From Podarcis cretensis (taxonomy: Eukaryota), in NCBI GenBank assembly GCA_951804945.1, contig OX638150.1, forward strand, positions 38,750,001 through 38,814,000: a DNA stretch of 64,000 nucleotides. Reading direction: 5' to 3'. This document shows positions 48,498-60,300 of this stretch, piece after piece. The position numbers were made by a program, and so were the translations under genes. Numbering within the stretch: the stretch's first letter is position 1; the number at the start of each line of letters is the position of its first letter. The notes below the pieces were generated by a model, which was not told the origin of the DNA, did not search any database, and was given only the letters and a program-made list of their open reading frames with translations.

Positions 48498-51041
48498 TAC
48501 AGTGTGGTTTTTTAATATATATATATAGTTGACAGCATCCCTTTAAATAAGGATAAAAAGCCCTGTACCGCATGGCAGTGTAGCACCTAAAACTAGTCTG
48601 TATTCAAGTGCTATTAAAAAGCCTCAATGGAATGACTTCTAACTTTTTTCATATTAAAATTAAGTAAAAGAAAAAAAGCATGTGAAGGATTGTTCTATCC
48701 TACCAGTGCACTGTGTGAACATTTGTACAATAGAAAATTCATGCTTTAAATAGTGACCTTATAAAAAAAACCTTAACATTTTTTTATACAACATGCAGCA
48801 ATATTAAAACCAGTTGTTCGTTCTTCCCCTACTTGACCTCAGAAGTTTAGTCACCCTAGTGAGGCTGGAGTTCTGCACATATTGAGGTCTGTAGAGACAG
48901 CTCTCCTGGTCCAGGCTGTTCTTCAGCCAAGAAGACACACGAGGGCACGTGGTCCTTTTTGTACTGTCTTGATTTCCAACAACTCCTTCCAGTAACACAA
49001 TATTAAATACACTCATTTGGTAAATAATTTTGTAATTAGCTTTGGTTTGCAATACTTTTACACAGTTTCAGGAAATGGCCAGATCCGTCCAAAGCAGCCA
49101 CAAACTGTTTCTTACACATGCCCTTCCATACTGTGCAACCTTTCTGAATTGCAGTGCACAGAGGTTTACAGAAGAAATAAAAACACTGATGAATTGGCCA
49201 GTACTGCAAAGTACCCAGCTAGTCAAGAAGAACAAGCTCCTCCTCTTTGGATGTGGATTCATAGCTGTTCTCTGGAAGACCTTGCATGGGATTTTCACTC
49301 TGCTCCCTGCACTACAGGTGAGGCTGGGCAGGAAATCCAGAAAAAAGCAATGGCTAAGGCATGAAGATATTGTGGACTTGAGCATCCTGTGCAGTTAGTT
49401 CTGTGTCACAATACTGTAAATTGGAGCTTCTTTTCACAAGCCTTAGGCAATTAAAAGGTTGAATATGATGTCAGTGAGGCTGCTGCTTGTGTAGTGTAGA
49501 TCACAGACAGGTGTGTTGAAGGAAAGGATGTCTTGAAAGAGGTGCAGCACCACGTGAAGGAGGCAGTAGAGGTTTATTTTTTAAGGCGATTCTTCTCACT
49601 GGTGTTGTGTGCATTGCAAGGTATCTGTTTGGTTCAGTTGACTGCTATTGTCTTGCTGTTCTGAGGCGCCATTCTGCTGTAGTAGAATGTGCTTTGTGAT
49701 GCTGCACGTTTCCATGCTAGGTGTTTTTGGCTGAATGCTTCACGCTTTCTGTGGGACATCAGCATGATGTCATCAAATTATTATCCTGTTTTTCCTTCTG
49801 TCTCTTCATACCATTTTTAAAAGAGAACAACAGTACGATCCCCATAGCTGTAGATCACCATAGTACTATTCTATCCTTTTTGTGTGGATTTTATGTACAC
49901 TCTGACATACTGGGCAGGTGAACCTGTTGCTAGTCATCTACTTCAGCACACCATCCCTATTAGTTTTTCCATTTGCACAATTTTGTAAGTATGGCTTTTC
50001 AAAGCATCTTTTTATTTGTGCTAGAACACTTTTGCCTATTTACTAGAATTGAAATAATCACACAATTGTACTTACATGAAAAACAATTTAACTCAAATTT
50101 TAAGAATTGAAATTGCTTTAAAAATTGTTGTTTTCTTACCATTATCTTAATTTAAAAAGTGCTTTCTTTTTTTTAAGAAGCCATAAAAGTAAACCATATA
50201 ATAGAACTTTAAAAAAGTGGTTTGTTGTAAATTAAAGAATTAATTTGGCTTGTTCAGAATGGTCCCTTTCCCACTTCCATGCCTATGTCATGTCTAGTGG
50301 TGCAGATTACACATAAAACAAGTACTATATCCTCAACTCTGAGTGTGGAAAGTTTTTCTGTATGGAAAAGACTTTATGGAGAGTAATGATTGTGCACAAC
50401 TAAGAGTTGCCAATTTGGAAGTACCTATATAAGTACCTGCCCTCCCCTTTCAACATATGTCTCACCACCTGCTTAAGTTGTATTAATTTATAGCACCGGT
50501 ATAGTTCAAGCAAAGTTTCACTCAAGGGCCATAAACATCATAGCAGACTATTGTTTTAAAGGCTTAGTCACCTGCTTAACTAGTATTTTGAAGCATGGTG
50601 CACCTTTGACAGCAGCTGCCATTTTCAGATTTGGTTGCAACAGGAAGCAGAAGTGATTTTGTTTTTTAAAAATAAATTAATAAATCCTGACATATAGGGA
50701 CCGGTTTAGTTAAAATACGCTTTCCATCACTGTAGGTACAGTAGTGTAATTTGTTTTAAACTACCACCTAGCTTTGAGCCAAGTAGTATACATTTTAAGT
50801 GCCGTTGGGACTTTTGCTTCTACATTTCTTTTGTCAGTCTCATAACTAGACTCAAGATTTAGCCCCCAGTCAACTATCTGCTTCCTAGGCCCAACCACTC
50901 AGCATTTGGTCTATAGGCAAAAGTAAAACTGAGGGGAATGTAAAGGGTTTTGAACTTGCTAGAATGAAAGATAAGAAGGTATGTGCAAGAAGACAAACGG
51001 TAAGCTGACTGGGCATTAAGGAAATTATTAATAATCATTTA

Positions 51042-51264
51042 CAGTCATACCTTGGGTTGAATGCGCTTCGGGTTGAGCGTGTTCAAGTTGCGCTCCGCGG
51101 CAACCCAGAAGTAACGGAGCGTGTTACTTCCAAGTTTCGCCGCTTGCGCATGCACAGACGCTCAAAATGACGTCATGCGCAGACGTGCCATCGCTAGTTA
51201 CGTTTGCTTCTAGATGCAAACGGGGTTCCGGAACAGATCCCGTTCATATCTAGAGGTACCACTG
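51042..51264. mobile_element. Tigger/mariner-like MITE inside the inferred MYOCD 3'UTR
   Basis: ta|CAGTCATACCT...AGGTACCACTG|ta; CpG-rich interior. Confidence 0.85.
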
Positions 51265-53093
51265 TATAGGTAAATTATAACGTTCAATTGTTACTGTGGA
51301 CATTCAGCGGTGTAGTGAGGATCTGTTGCTCAAGTGGATCTGAGTATAGTTTGGAATTGTGGCTGAGGGCTGGGCCCTCACTTTGTGGTATAAAGGGAGA
51401 ACTATGGTTAAAACGAATAAAGGGTAGATATCTCACAACCTAGTGCTTTGCTCATTACCCAGACTTTGTTTTTTTATATGTAGTTGTGGAGTCATCACCT
51501 GGGTGAAGCCTACCCACATGTGAACAAAGGAACCCTACCAGGCTGGCAGCATTTGCATCTTCTTTTAATGAGGCAACATATTTGAGTGATACATTGCAAT
51601 ATTCTTGTCTGCCCTCAGGAAAGCAATGGTTAGGAACATAATGAGTATCTGGTGCTTGGTATGAAGCCCATGGGCTGGGAATTGGTTGCTGTGTAGCTGG
51701 GCCTGCTGTAGTTCTGCCTTGTACCAGCTAGCCTGACTTTGCCCTAGATGAAAACCTGGCAGCCTCCTTTTTGGGGTCTGCCCTGTGCAGTAACAGGTGT
51801 GAGCATTCTAGCAGCAGCTTGATGGTCATGTATGATACTGCATACAGATCTGTTGCGACATGTAGAGAAAACCCAGACTGCGTTCTGTACCATTACTGAC
51901 GGACTTAGATCTGGCAATATCTTAATTTAAAGACCGACAAAGGCCATAGGTTTAGGCTACAAGGGGTAAGTTGCCCAGTTTCTTCCACCGTGGTAGACTT
52001 AGTCGTAGATTTGCAACCTCCACTTGTTATGCTGATTAAACTTTGTCACTTTTTCAGATCGGCTCTGGGCAACATATTATTCAATATTATCAATTTATTC
52101 AAGACTGCCTGTTTATTAAACTGAATAAATTATTTGGTATATGAGGAGGAATGTGAGTCCTTCGAAGTGTTTTTGGAATTTGAAACAGAATTTAAATTGG
52201 TAATCCTTTCCATTTTTATAAGTTACGATTACTTTATTGCTTGTTGTAAATTTATTCATGACGATCTGATACACTCACAGGTTGGTTTTAATAGTGTGTT
52301 GAAATGCTATAGATTTATCTATATCAAATTATAGATATGTTTATATTTTTAATTTAATTAAGAAATGAGCAAAGTACTTATGAAGGGAGGAATGTACCCT
52401 GAAACAGAAAATTGATAGAAGTCGCCCCAGACTTCTAGTCAATTAAAAATCCTTCATTTATGTACTTGCTTTTTATATTACTCTGCATTCTTTTCAAGCT
52501 GAGTGCCCACCACATAAACAAGTCAGATTGGTTTACTTCTATTTCAAGTGCCTTTAAAATTGGTAAGACAGGGCAGAGAGAGAAGTGTTTAGTGAAAGGA
52601 TGGCTTGGAGGTTACTGGTCTGACAATGGCTTCTTCGTGAGCTGACTTTTTTTTAAGTCTTCATGTATAGAATCAGGAGGAAAGGCAGTGGCTGCCATGC
52701 AGTGTGTTGCAAGCTGTAAGTGAACCAAATTTTTCCCCACAGTAGGTAATAAGAGACAATATAGCAGAACCTGATCTGGATGATAGATATGTTAGGGATG
52801 AAATGGATGTGCATACCAAACATAATTCTGCTGCAGAGTGAGTCTTTCTTGGAAGCTACGAAAGTTAGCTGTGCTTGCTGAGGAGGAGACTCCTGCGCCA
52901 GAGATTTGCTTTGTGGTGTGTGGGAGATTATCTGGCAATTTCATTTGTAATAGGGGAGGGGAATGTCCTGGGAAAACTGACTCCAGTTTCTTCTCCCTGG
53001 CTGTCACCAGAGCTCTCTGATAAAGTATCTGAGTCTCTTTAATGGAAATCTGTTTGTGTTTAGCTGCATCCCCACACATAAGGCTTATTCTGT

Positions 53094-53662
53094 TCACCAC
53101 TGTTGTAAATGCAGGTCCATGGTACTGTTCAAGTTGAGATCACTAACATCTAAGAAATCAATGTTGAAGATGCTGGGCCCAGTGGTGGTGAGGGAACCGA
53201 AACCGTTGGCTGAGCTAGGCGGAGTGAGGTCCAGCCATTCCATTGTTTCCCAAGGAGACTCTGTGAAGCTCATGTGCAAACCAGTTCCTTCTCCAGAAGA
53301 TGGGGACAGCTGGGTCTCCATGGGCGACAGGGGAGTGGGCAGGATCTCGTGGGGTGTCAGCAGTTCATCGGCAGCTTTGTTGGAAAATCCTTCCATCACC
53401 CCTTCAAAGTGTGGTTCTTCACCCACTTTCAGTAGGGTGATTTCACTCGACCGTCCCAGAGGGCTGTGGGAATTTAACAAGATTTCCAGATGACTGTCGT
53501 TGCTGCTAGGGCAGTGTTCAAAGGACAGCTGACCTGAGGGGCCTTGCTCAAATGAAGCAGATGTCTTCAGTAGCGAGGAAGTCCCGGAGGTCCCTGAAGA
53601 CATCGTTATCTGAGGCACCTTCTGAAGGCAAGGGCGGTCCTCTTTGGCATTTGCAGGCATTT
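53094..53662 (-). CDS. MYOCD: MYOCD last coding exon (transactivation domain)
   Basis: EMPANAKEDR...SPWETMEWLDLTPP...SIFNIDFLDVSDLNLNSTMDLHLQQW-TGA; acceptor gcaaacag|. Confidence 0.96.
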
Positions 53663-56600
53663 CTGTTTGCAAACAAAAAAGGCTCATCAAGAGCAGATCT
53701 ACAACTTTTACTATGCCGTGCACCCCAAGCCACCCTGCAACTTGAAATGTTATAAAACATCTTGCACACCAGTGATTACTGCCTGTCAAGACGGCAGACT
53801 CCTTTGTCTACAGTATGAGATACCCAATGGAGCACATCGTAATTCGCTGTTGCTGTCAGAGAAGTGTGTCCTACTTTTCTTTTGGTTGGATATAGCTTTA
53901 TGTGATGCTATACTAGAGTAACTTGGCATACCAGGAATCTACTTTGTGGTTCTGTGAGCCTGTAAGGTGTAACTAGGAATGCCTGGGTGAGAAGAACAGA
54001 AAGATCGCAGAAGAGCCAACAGCAGATTGTGGTCAGGGAACACAGTAGGTGCTCCATCCAAGGACCACAGGAAGGAAATCAGTAGAAGAAATTATCACTA
54101 AGCATATGTGTGTTGGCAAGGACTTGTTAAGAGGGAAAAAGATGAGCGGATGAGCATGGGACGTCCTACAGCAACTAGAATCCTAATACTTCACCAAACC
54201 ATTATTAGGCATTACAAGTATAAAACATCGATATATAAAATTTAAAATATATACAAATAAATAGACATGTAAACTATATAAAAATGGGATTTCTTTCATT
54301 AGGATTTCTTCCCACTAAATAGTGCCATTCACCACTCTAAGAGATACTGTTGACCAAAACTCAGCCACCCTTGCAGTTAATTCCAGGTTAATGTCAGACA
54401 GATAGATTCCTGTATGCTTATATCAGATTCTGATTGTTAAGACCACACAATCTATTTTAGTGCAAGGGTGGCTAAACTGTGGCCCTCCAGATTTTGGGCT
54501 TCATCTCCCATCATCGCTGACTGGGGTTGATGTGAGTTGGGGTCCAGTGACAGTCTGAGGGCCACATCTGGTTGCTTAAAATAAGCCCATCAAGAAAATG
54601 CACTTTGGGAGCGGCACTTTCTTTCATGGGCTATGACCATGGCTACATTTAGCAGTAGGCATTGGGCTCAAATTATGGCTTACTATGACTAGGGGGTAAG
54701 GACGCAGGTGGTGCTGTGGGTTAAACCATAGAGCCTAGGACTTGCCAGTCAGAAGGTCTGCAGTTCGAATCCTCTTGACAGGGTGAGCTCCTGTTGCTCG
54801 GTCCCTGCTCCTCCCAACCTAGCAGTTCGAAAGCACGTCAAAGTGCAAGTAAATAAATAGGTACCGCTCTGGCGGGAAGGTAAACGGCGTTTCCGTGCGC
54901 TGCTCTGGTTCGCCAGAAGCAGCTGAGTCATGCCAGCCACATGACCCAGAAGCTGTACGCCGGCTCCCTCGGCCAATAAAGCGAGATGAGCGCCGCAACC
55001 CCAGAGTTGGCCATGACTGGGCCGAATGGTCGGGGGTCCCTTTACCTTTACCTTATGACTAGGGGAAATTCTCTGAAATTGCCATTTTGGGTACCACCCT
55101 TAAGGCAATGAAAAGCATTGGGGTTAGGGGTTAGTGCAGACACAGCGATCACAGTGCACCCTCTCTTTGGGCAGCCAGAGACTTCGCTCATACTTGCTTT
55201 GACCAGAACCAATAGTCTTGCCTTAGGAATATCACCTACCTCCAGTTTCAATAAGCACATCCAACAGTTCATCCATTTGCTGGCTTCGGGTCATCTGCTG
55301 CAGCAAGAAAAAAGCAAGAGATGTTAGGAAGTTGGTACTGGAGCCACACACTACTATACTAGAAAAATCAGCTTTGATGGATATTGAGAGATGCTTTCAA
55401 AAGAAAGCTGAAGCCTCAGACCTATAAGGATGATAGAATCTCCTTGACAGGCATGTTAAATAAACAATGATTCCTTAGTAACTAGTTGAAACAGGTCTCC
55501 TACAATACTTGAGCAGTTTTTTGTGCGTATAGTAGGCTGTTATGTATTACAATTAATACCGTTATAGTTCATAAAAGCCTCAGAGAAGCAAGATCAATAG
55601 CCCTCCCAAAGTGGAATGAAAACTCCCTCCTTCACTCAGATGTTCAACCTGTAACTAATGTTACTTAGAATAAAATCCCACCACATTCATTGGTACTTAC
55701 TTCCTAGTAAGTATGCTTACGTTGGCTCCTGTTAACCCACACAAACTTTGTGTGACCCACTGCAATTACCTCTTTAGGGGCCATCCTGCAGTGCTCTTGT
55801 GTGTACTTTTTTGAACCAAGTGTTCAGCTGTAGCTTGCAAACTTAGTTCATTCAGAGATCATTCTGTTTCTTCTAAAAATTCAGATGGCCCTTCCAATAG
55901 AAGTCACCTGAATCACTTCAGCTGCTTATTCAATGTCTGAACAAATAAGAGGTTGAATGAATTTGCATTTGCTTTTAATCCAATTGACTGTATATAACTC
56001 TTTCTACAACAATAAATTCAGTTTTCAAGTCTGTCGGTAGTCATCTGCTTTCACTCATAGGTCACACAACACTCTCAAATCTGCAATTGGCTTTGATGTA
56101 CATAACAATCAAAGCAAGCTATCTGCAGCCAAGCGTAGCCTACCAAGCACCAGACTGTTACCTGTTTCACAGCATCAGCGTAGGGTGGTGGCTGCTTTCC
56201 ATCTGGGAGGGCAGCATTTGACTTGCAAAAGCCAGGAGACAGAATGGAATACTTCTGACTACCTTGTGCTGGCACCTGTGTGGAACCAAAATCAATCACA
56301 GGGATCAAGCCAAACTTGGGCCAAGACTGCTATTCAGCAGTTGCCTCCATAAATTTACCTCTTGCACATGGGAACAAATCAACAGTCAATGAGGTGATCT
56401 CATTGCAAATCCAGTGGAAGCATGAGAAAAAGTCAAGGCTCCGGAAGCCCATCTCCCTTGCTGTAATAACAGTTTTGCCATTGATAATGGCACTTACAAA
56501 GTTCTGCAAAGGAATTTTGAAATAATATTGAATTCCCCCACCCACTGGCAGAAAACTGCAGTAAAGGCTGCCTGGTTAGGGCAGAGGTGAGCCAACTTTT

Positions 56601-57264
56601 TCAGCAGGGGGCCGGTCCACTGTCCCTCAGACCTTGTGGGGGGCCGGACTATATTTTTTTGGGGGGGAATGAATGAATTTCTATGCCCCACAAATAACCC
56701 AGAGGTACATTTTAAATAAAAGCACACATTCTACTCATGTAAAAACACACTGTTTCCTGGACCATCCGCGGGCCAGATTTAGAAACCAATTGGGCCGGAT
56801 GCGGCCCCCGGGCCTTAGTTTGCCTACCCATGGCTTAGGTGATATGCTTTCTTTTGAATGGGCAGGAGAGAGTTACAGGGACACCAGGGTGGTAATTAAG
56901 CTGTATATGTGGAAGAGTGGGTAGTGTCCAGTTTCTTAATGACTTCTGAAAAAGTTGAACCTACTCTGCTTATGTGTATGCCACCATCCTTGAAATGCCG
57001 TTCTGCAACTTGAATGCAAACCAACAGATGTATATTTTAATCACTGGAAGATGGGCAATTAAACTCCTCCTTTCCTGTTTGGTATTTCATCAACTGAGAA
57101 GCAATAATAGCTGGACACATGGAACACAGCCTGCCAGTTTTGAAACATTGCACTGCCCCCCAGTCTGATTCTGGGCACAGTTCAAAGTGCCTTTGAAGCT
57201 CTGAGCAGTTTAGAATCTGGATAGAATGGGAGCTGCTTTAACACCCTCCCCTAACTCTGCACCT

Positions 57265-57307
<43 letters not shown>

Positions 57308-60300
57308 TGTTTCCTGCTTGGCAGGGGGTTGGACTCGATGGCCCTTGTGGTCTCTTCCAACTCTATGATTCTATGATTCTAAGTAGCTTTCTTACTGGAG
57401 CTGTGCGAAGATGGCTGCTGGGCTGTGGAGAGCTGCTGCGTCCTTCTCCCTGAGTGCTGGGGGACACAGGGAGGAGGTAATGGCTGTTTGGTGAGGGTGG
57501 AAGGCTAATGTGTTGCGGACTCTTTGCTGCCTCTAGTGGAGAATGCTGGGGAGAGCACTGTGGGCTTAGGAATGTGGAGGACAGTATGCCGCTCTGTCCT
57601 GACGGTTCCATGCAATGGCTATTTACAAGATGGGGCAGCTGAGGTGTCCCACAGTTTCTCAGTGTGTCCAAGTTGCTAGCCTGGCCTTTCAAGGGAGCTT
57701 GCTTAGAGGCAAAGGGACAACTGGACGCTGGGTTTTCTTGCTTGATCGGAAAGCCGAAGAAGTGTGGAGAGGGCTGCTTCTCGTCCAAGCCGTGGCTCCT
57801 TTTGCGCTTCTGCAGCTGCATCCTCAGCTCTTCCACTTGCCTCTGCTCTTGCTGCAGTTTCCAGGTCAGCTCATTGATGACCTTCTGCTTTTCCACCAGC
57901 ATCTTGTCTTTCTCTGTGTCAACCCTTTCCACGTCGAGCTGGATTCCAGCGCCGTTCATGCTTCCCATCAGGCTTTCTTCACACCCGCCTTGCACAGGGG
58001 AAGGGTGCAGGACAAAATGTGGGGAAGACATTGGTCCTTCGTTGAAACTGTCTGGCAAGGAGCCATTCACCGATAGGTCTGAGGAAGCTGGGGAGATGGG
58101 GGGAGTAGAGCTGGTGCTGCCAAAGTGGTAAAAGCCATTGGACAGCAGGCTGGCTGAAGACTGCGACTGGTAGCTGGAGAGAGAGTTGGTTGGTGTCACT
58201 GGGAAGGTGACGGTGGTTATCTCATTGAAGCTAGGCACAGAACCCCCGCTGCACTCCTGGAAGGGCCGCAGGCGTTCCATCAAGGCCGTTTTCGTACCTG
58301 ATACAGGGAGGCCCCTTATTCGGAGCTGCTGCCTCAGCTCCGACACCTGGAATGAAAGCCGATTAGTCAGTGGCAAGGTCGCTTTTCAGTTCAACTTTGT
58401 GGCAAAGTAGCAACCTGCTTACAGTGGACCCTGACCCAAATCTAAACCAGAGATTATTTGCACGGACAAAGAGTTGGGCTGGGTAAAGTTTGGGCTCCAA
58501 AATGGCTGCTATTAATTGGACTGGATATGTCAGTTTGTCCCTGTGCTGCTTAGCACAACATTACTTGGACATCTCTAATTATTTCTATTGCCTTAGGTGC
58601 TATGCTGTCCAAATTAAAATTATGCAAGTTGTAATAAGCCTGGAGTGGGACTGAACATCTGCACCCAGGGCTTATTTTTCAGCCGGAATTCAGTTTCAGC
58701 ACCTCTCAGATAGCTCCATTGCCATTCTAAGAGAACAAGGGAGACACTCATTGTGAGTTCTGGCACCTCTTTTTCTAGAAAAATAGCACTGCCTACACCT
58801 AATGAATTTGTGGCTGGTTTTAACCTGGGCTGCCCTTCTTACATTTTAGATATAGACAGAGCAGTGCTTCTTGAGAAACTTGGGGGAAAGAGAAGGCATG
58901 CTTTCCAGTCAACCATCATTACTCCTGAGGATACTCTCCTGTCCCTGCTTAGGAGCTGCAGCCCTTTGGGCACAGGCAAGTCCTCCAGGTGAAGACTAGG
59001 CAGAACACCAGAGCTTGTTGAACTTCCCATTACTTTGCTTCCTGTGGATGGCCTATATTTTCAGCAACAGCTGCCTGAGGTTGTGCCTCTGGCACGTGCC
59101 TGTGTGTATATAAGTGTTCGCTTAGGGAACTTGGTTTCAATTGATTTCTTAGCGTATGTTATTTTTAATGCTTGAGGTTTTTTCTTGTTCCAGGGTTGCC
59201 TTTGTGTTAATTTTGTTTTAATTCAGTGTGTTAGTAAAATAATGGTTTGCATTCTTAAACAACGAATATTATTGAAATAGAACTGGCTCTGCCATCTGTT
59301 TTTAAACAAGCTACGATGTCCGATTTTATTAGTTCTAAGTCAGCTTTGGCAAATAATAATTTGGTCTCTTCTCTACAGTCCACTGACCCTAGTTGGTCTG
59401 TTGATCTTATGGTGGTGTTTGACTGCTTCAATTTATGTGATATTTGAATTTTGATTAATTTGGGATATTGACCGAAGTGCATGTGTTAACCATGTGTTTG
59501 CTGGAGGAACACACTGCCTCCACATGCAGTTTCATATACCACACAGAAGGTTTTACACTTTTCATCAACTTTTGCATTCAGTACTCACTTTTAAATCATC
59601 CAGGTTGGATGGGAGAGGACCTGGCTTGAGAGACGAAATGCAGGATTGCCCTGAAAAGCTTCCCTTCCCAGGGGAAAGAGGGCTGTTGGCAACTGTCGAT
59701 GGGGAAGAGTTTGAGGTTTTGGCCATTTGCTCATTGGGTTGCCTGTAAAAAATAAAAGTGCAGAACATTTTCCCCCTTTTGTTTTCTTCTCCTTTTTAAA
59801 TATCAGTATTCTTACTTACTTCACCAAACCTTTATTAGGCATTACAAGTACTGGCCATCATAAAACATCCATATATACAAATAAAAGCCATGTAAAATAT
59901 ATAATTACAAGAATTATCATTGGGATTTCTTCCTGCTAAATAGTGCCAGTCACCGCTCTAAGAGATACTATTGAGAAAATCTCAGCCACCTTTGCAGTTA
60001 CTTCTAAATAAGTGTCAGACAGATAGAATCTGATATTTTCATTGTGCCATGATGTTAGACTTCCCAAAAAAGGAGATAGCACGTGTTTACATAGCTGGTT
60101 GCACAATGGACAGTAGAAAAGGATATGTTCTACAGTGTCTGGCACGTTCAAATAACTTCTGCAATGTCTATCATTTCTGGGGATGTTTAAATATCTGCCT
60201 TTGACAAGAGCTGAGGGGGAGATGTTCAGCTGGGCTCACATAAAGGCCCTGCGTTGGGCTGGAATTATTAATTTTGAGATTTAAGTGACCCTGTTATCTG

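Larger units (their letters stand above)
48475..53093 (-). other. MYOCD: MYOCD 3'UTR (about 4.6 kb, end inferred)
   Basis: Follows the MYOCD stop at 53094; AU-rich with multiple miR-1/206 seed matches. Confidence 0.6.

Noticed and set aside
57615-58410. Plus-strand ORFs of 153, 155 and 74 aa (also 53056-53493)
   Set aside because: Antisense shadows of MYOCD coding exons.
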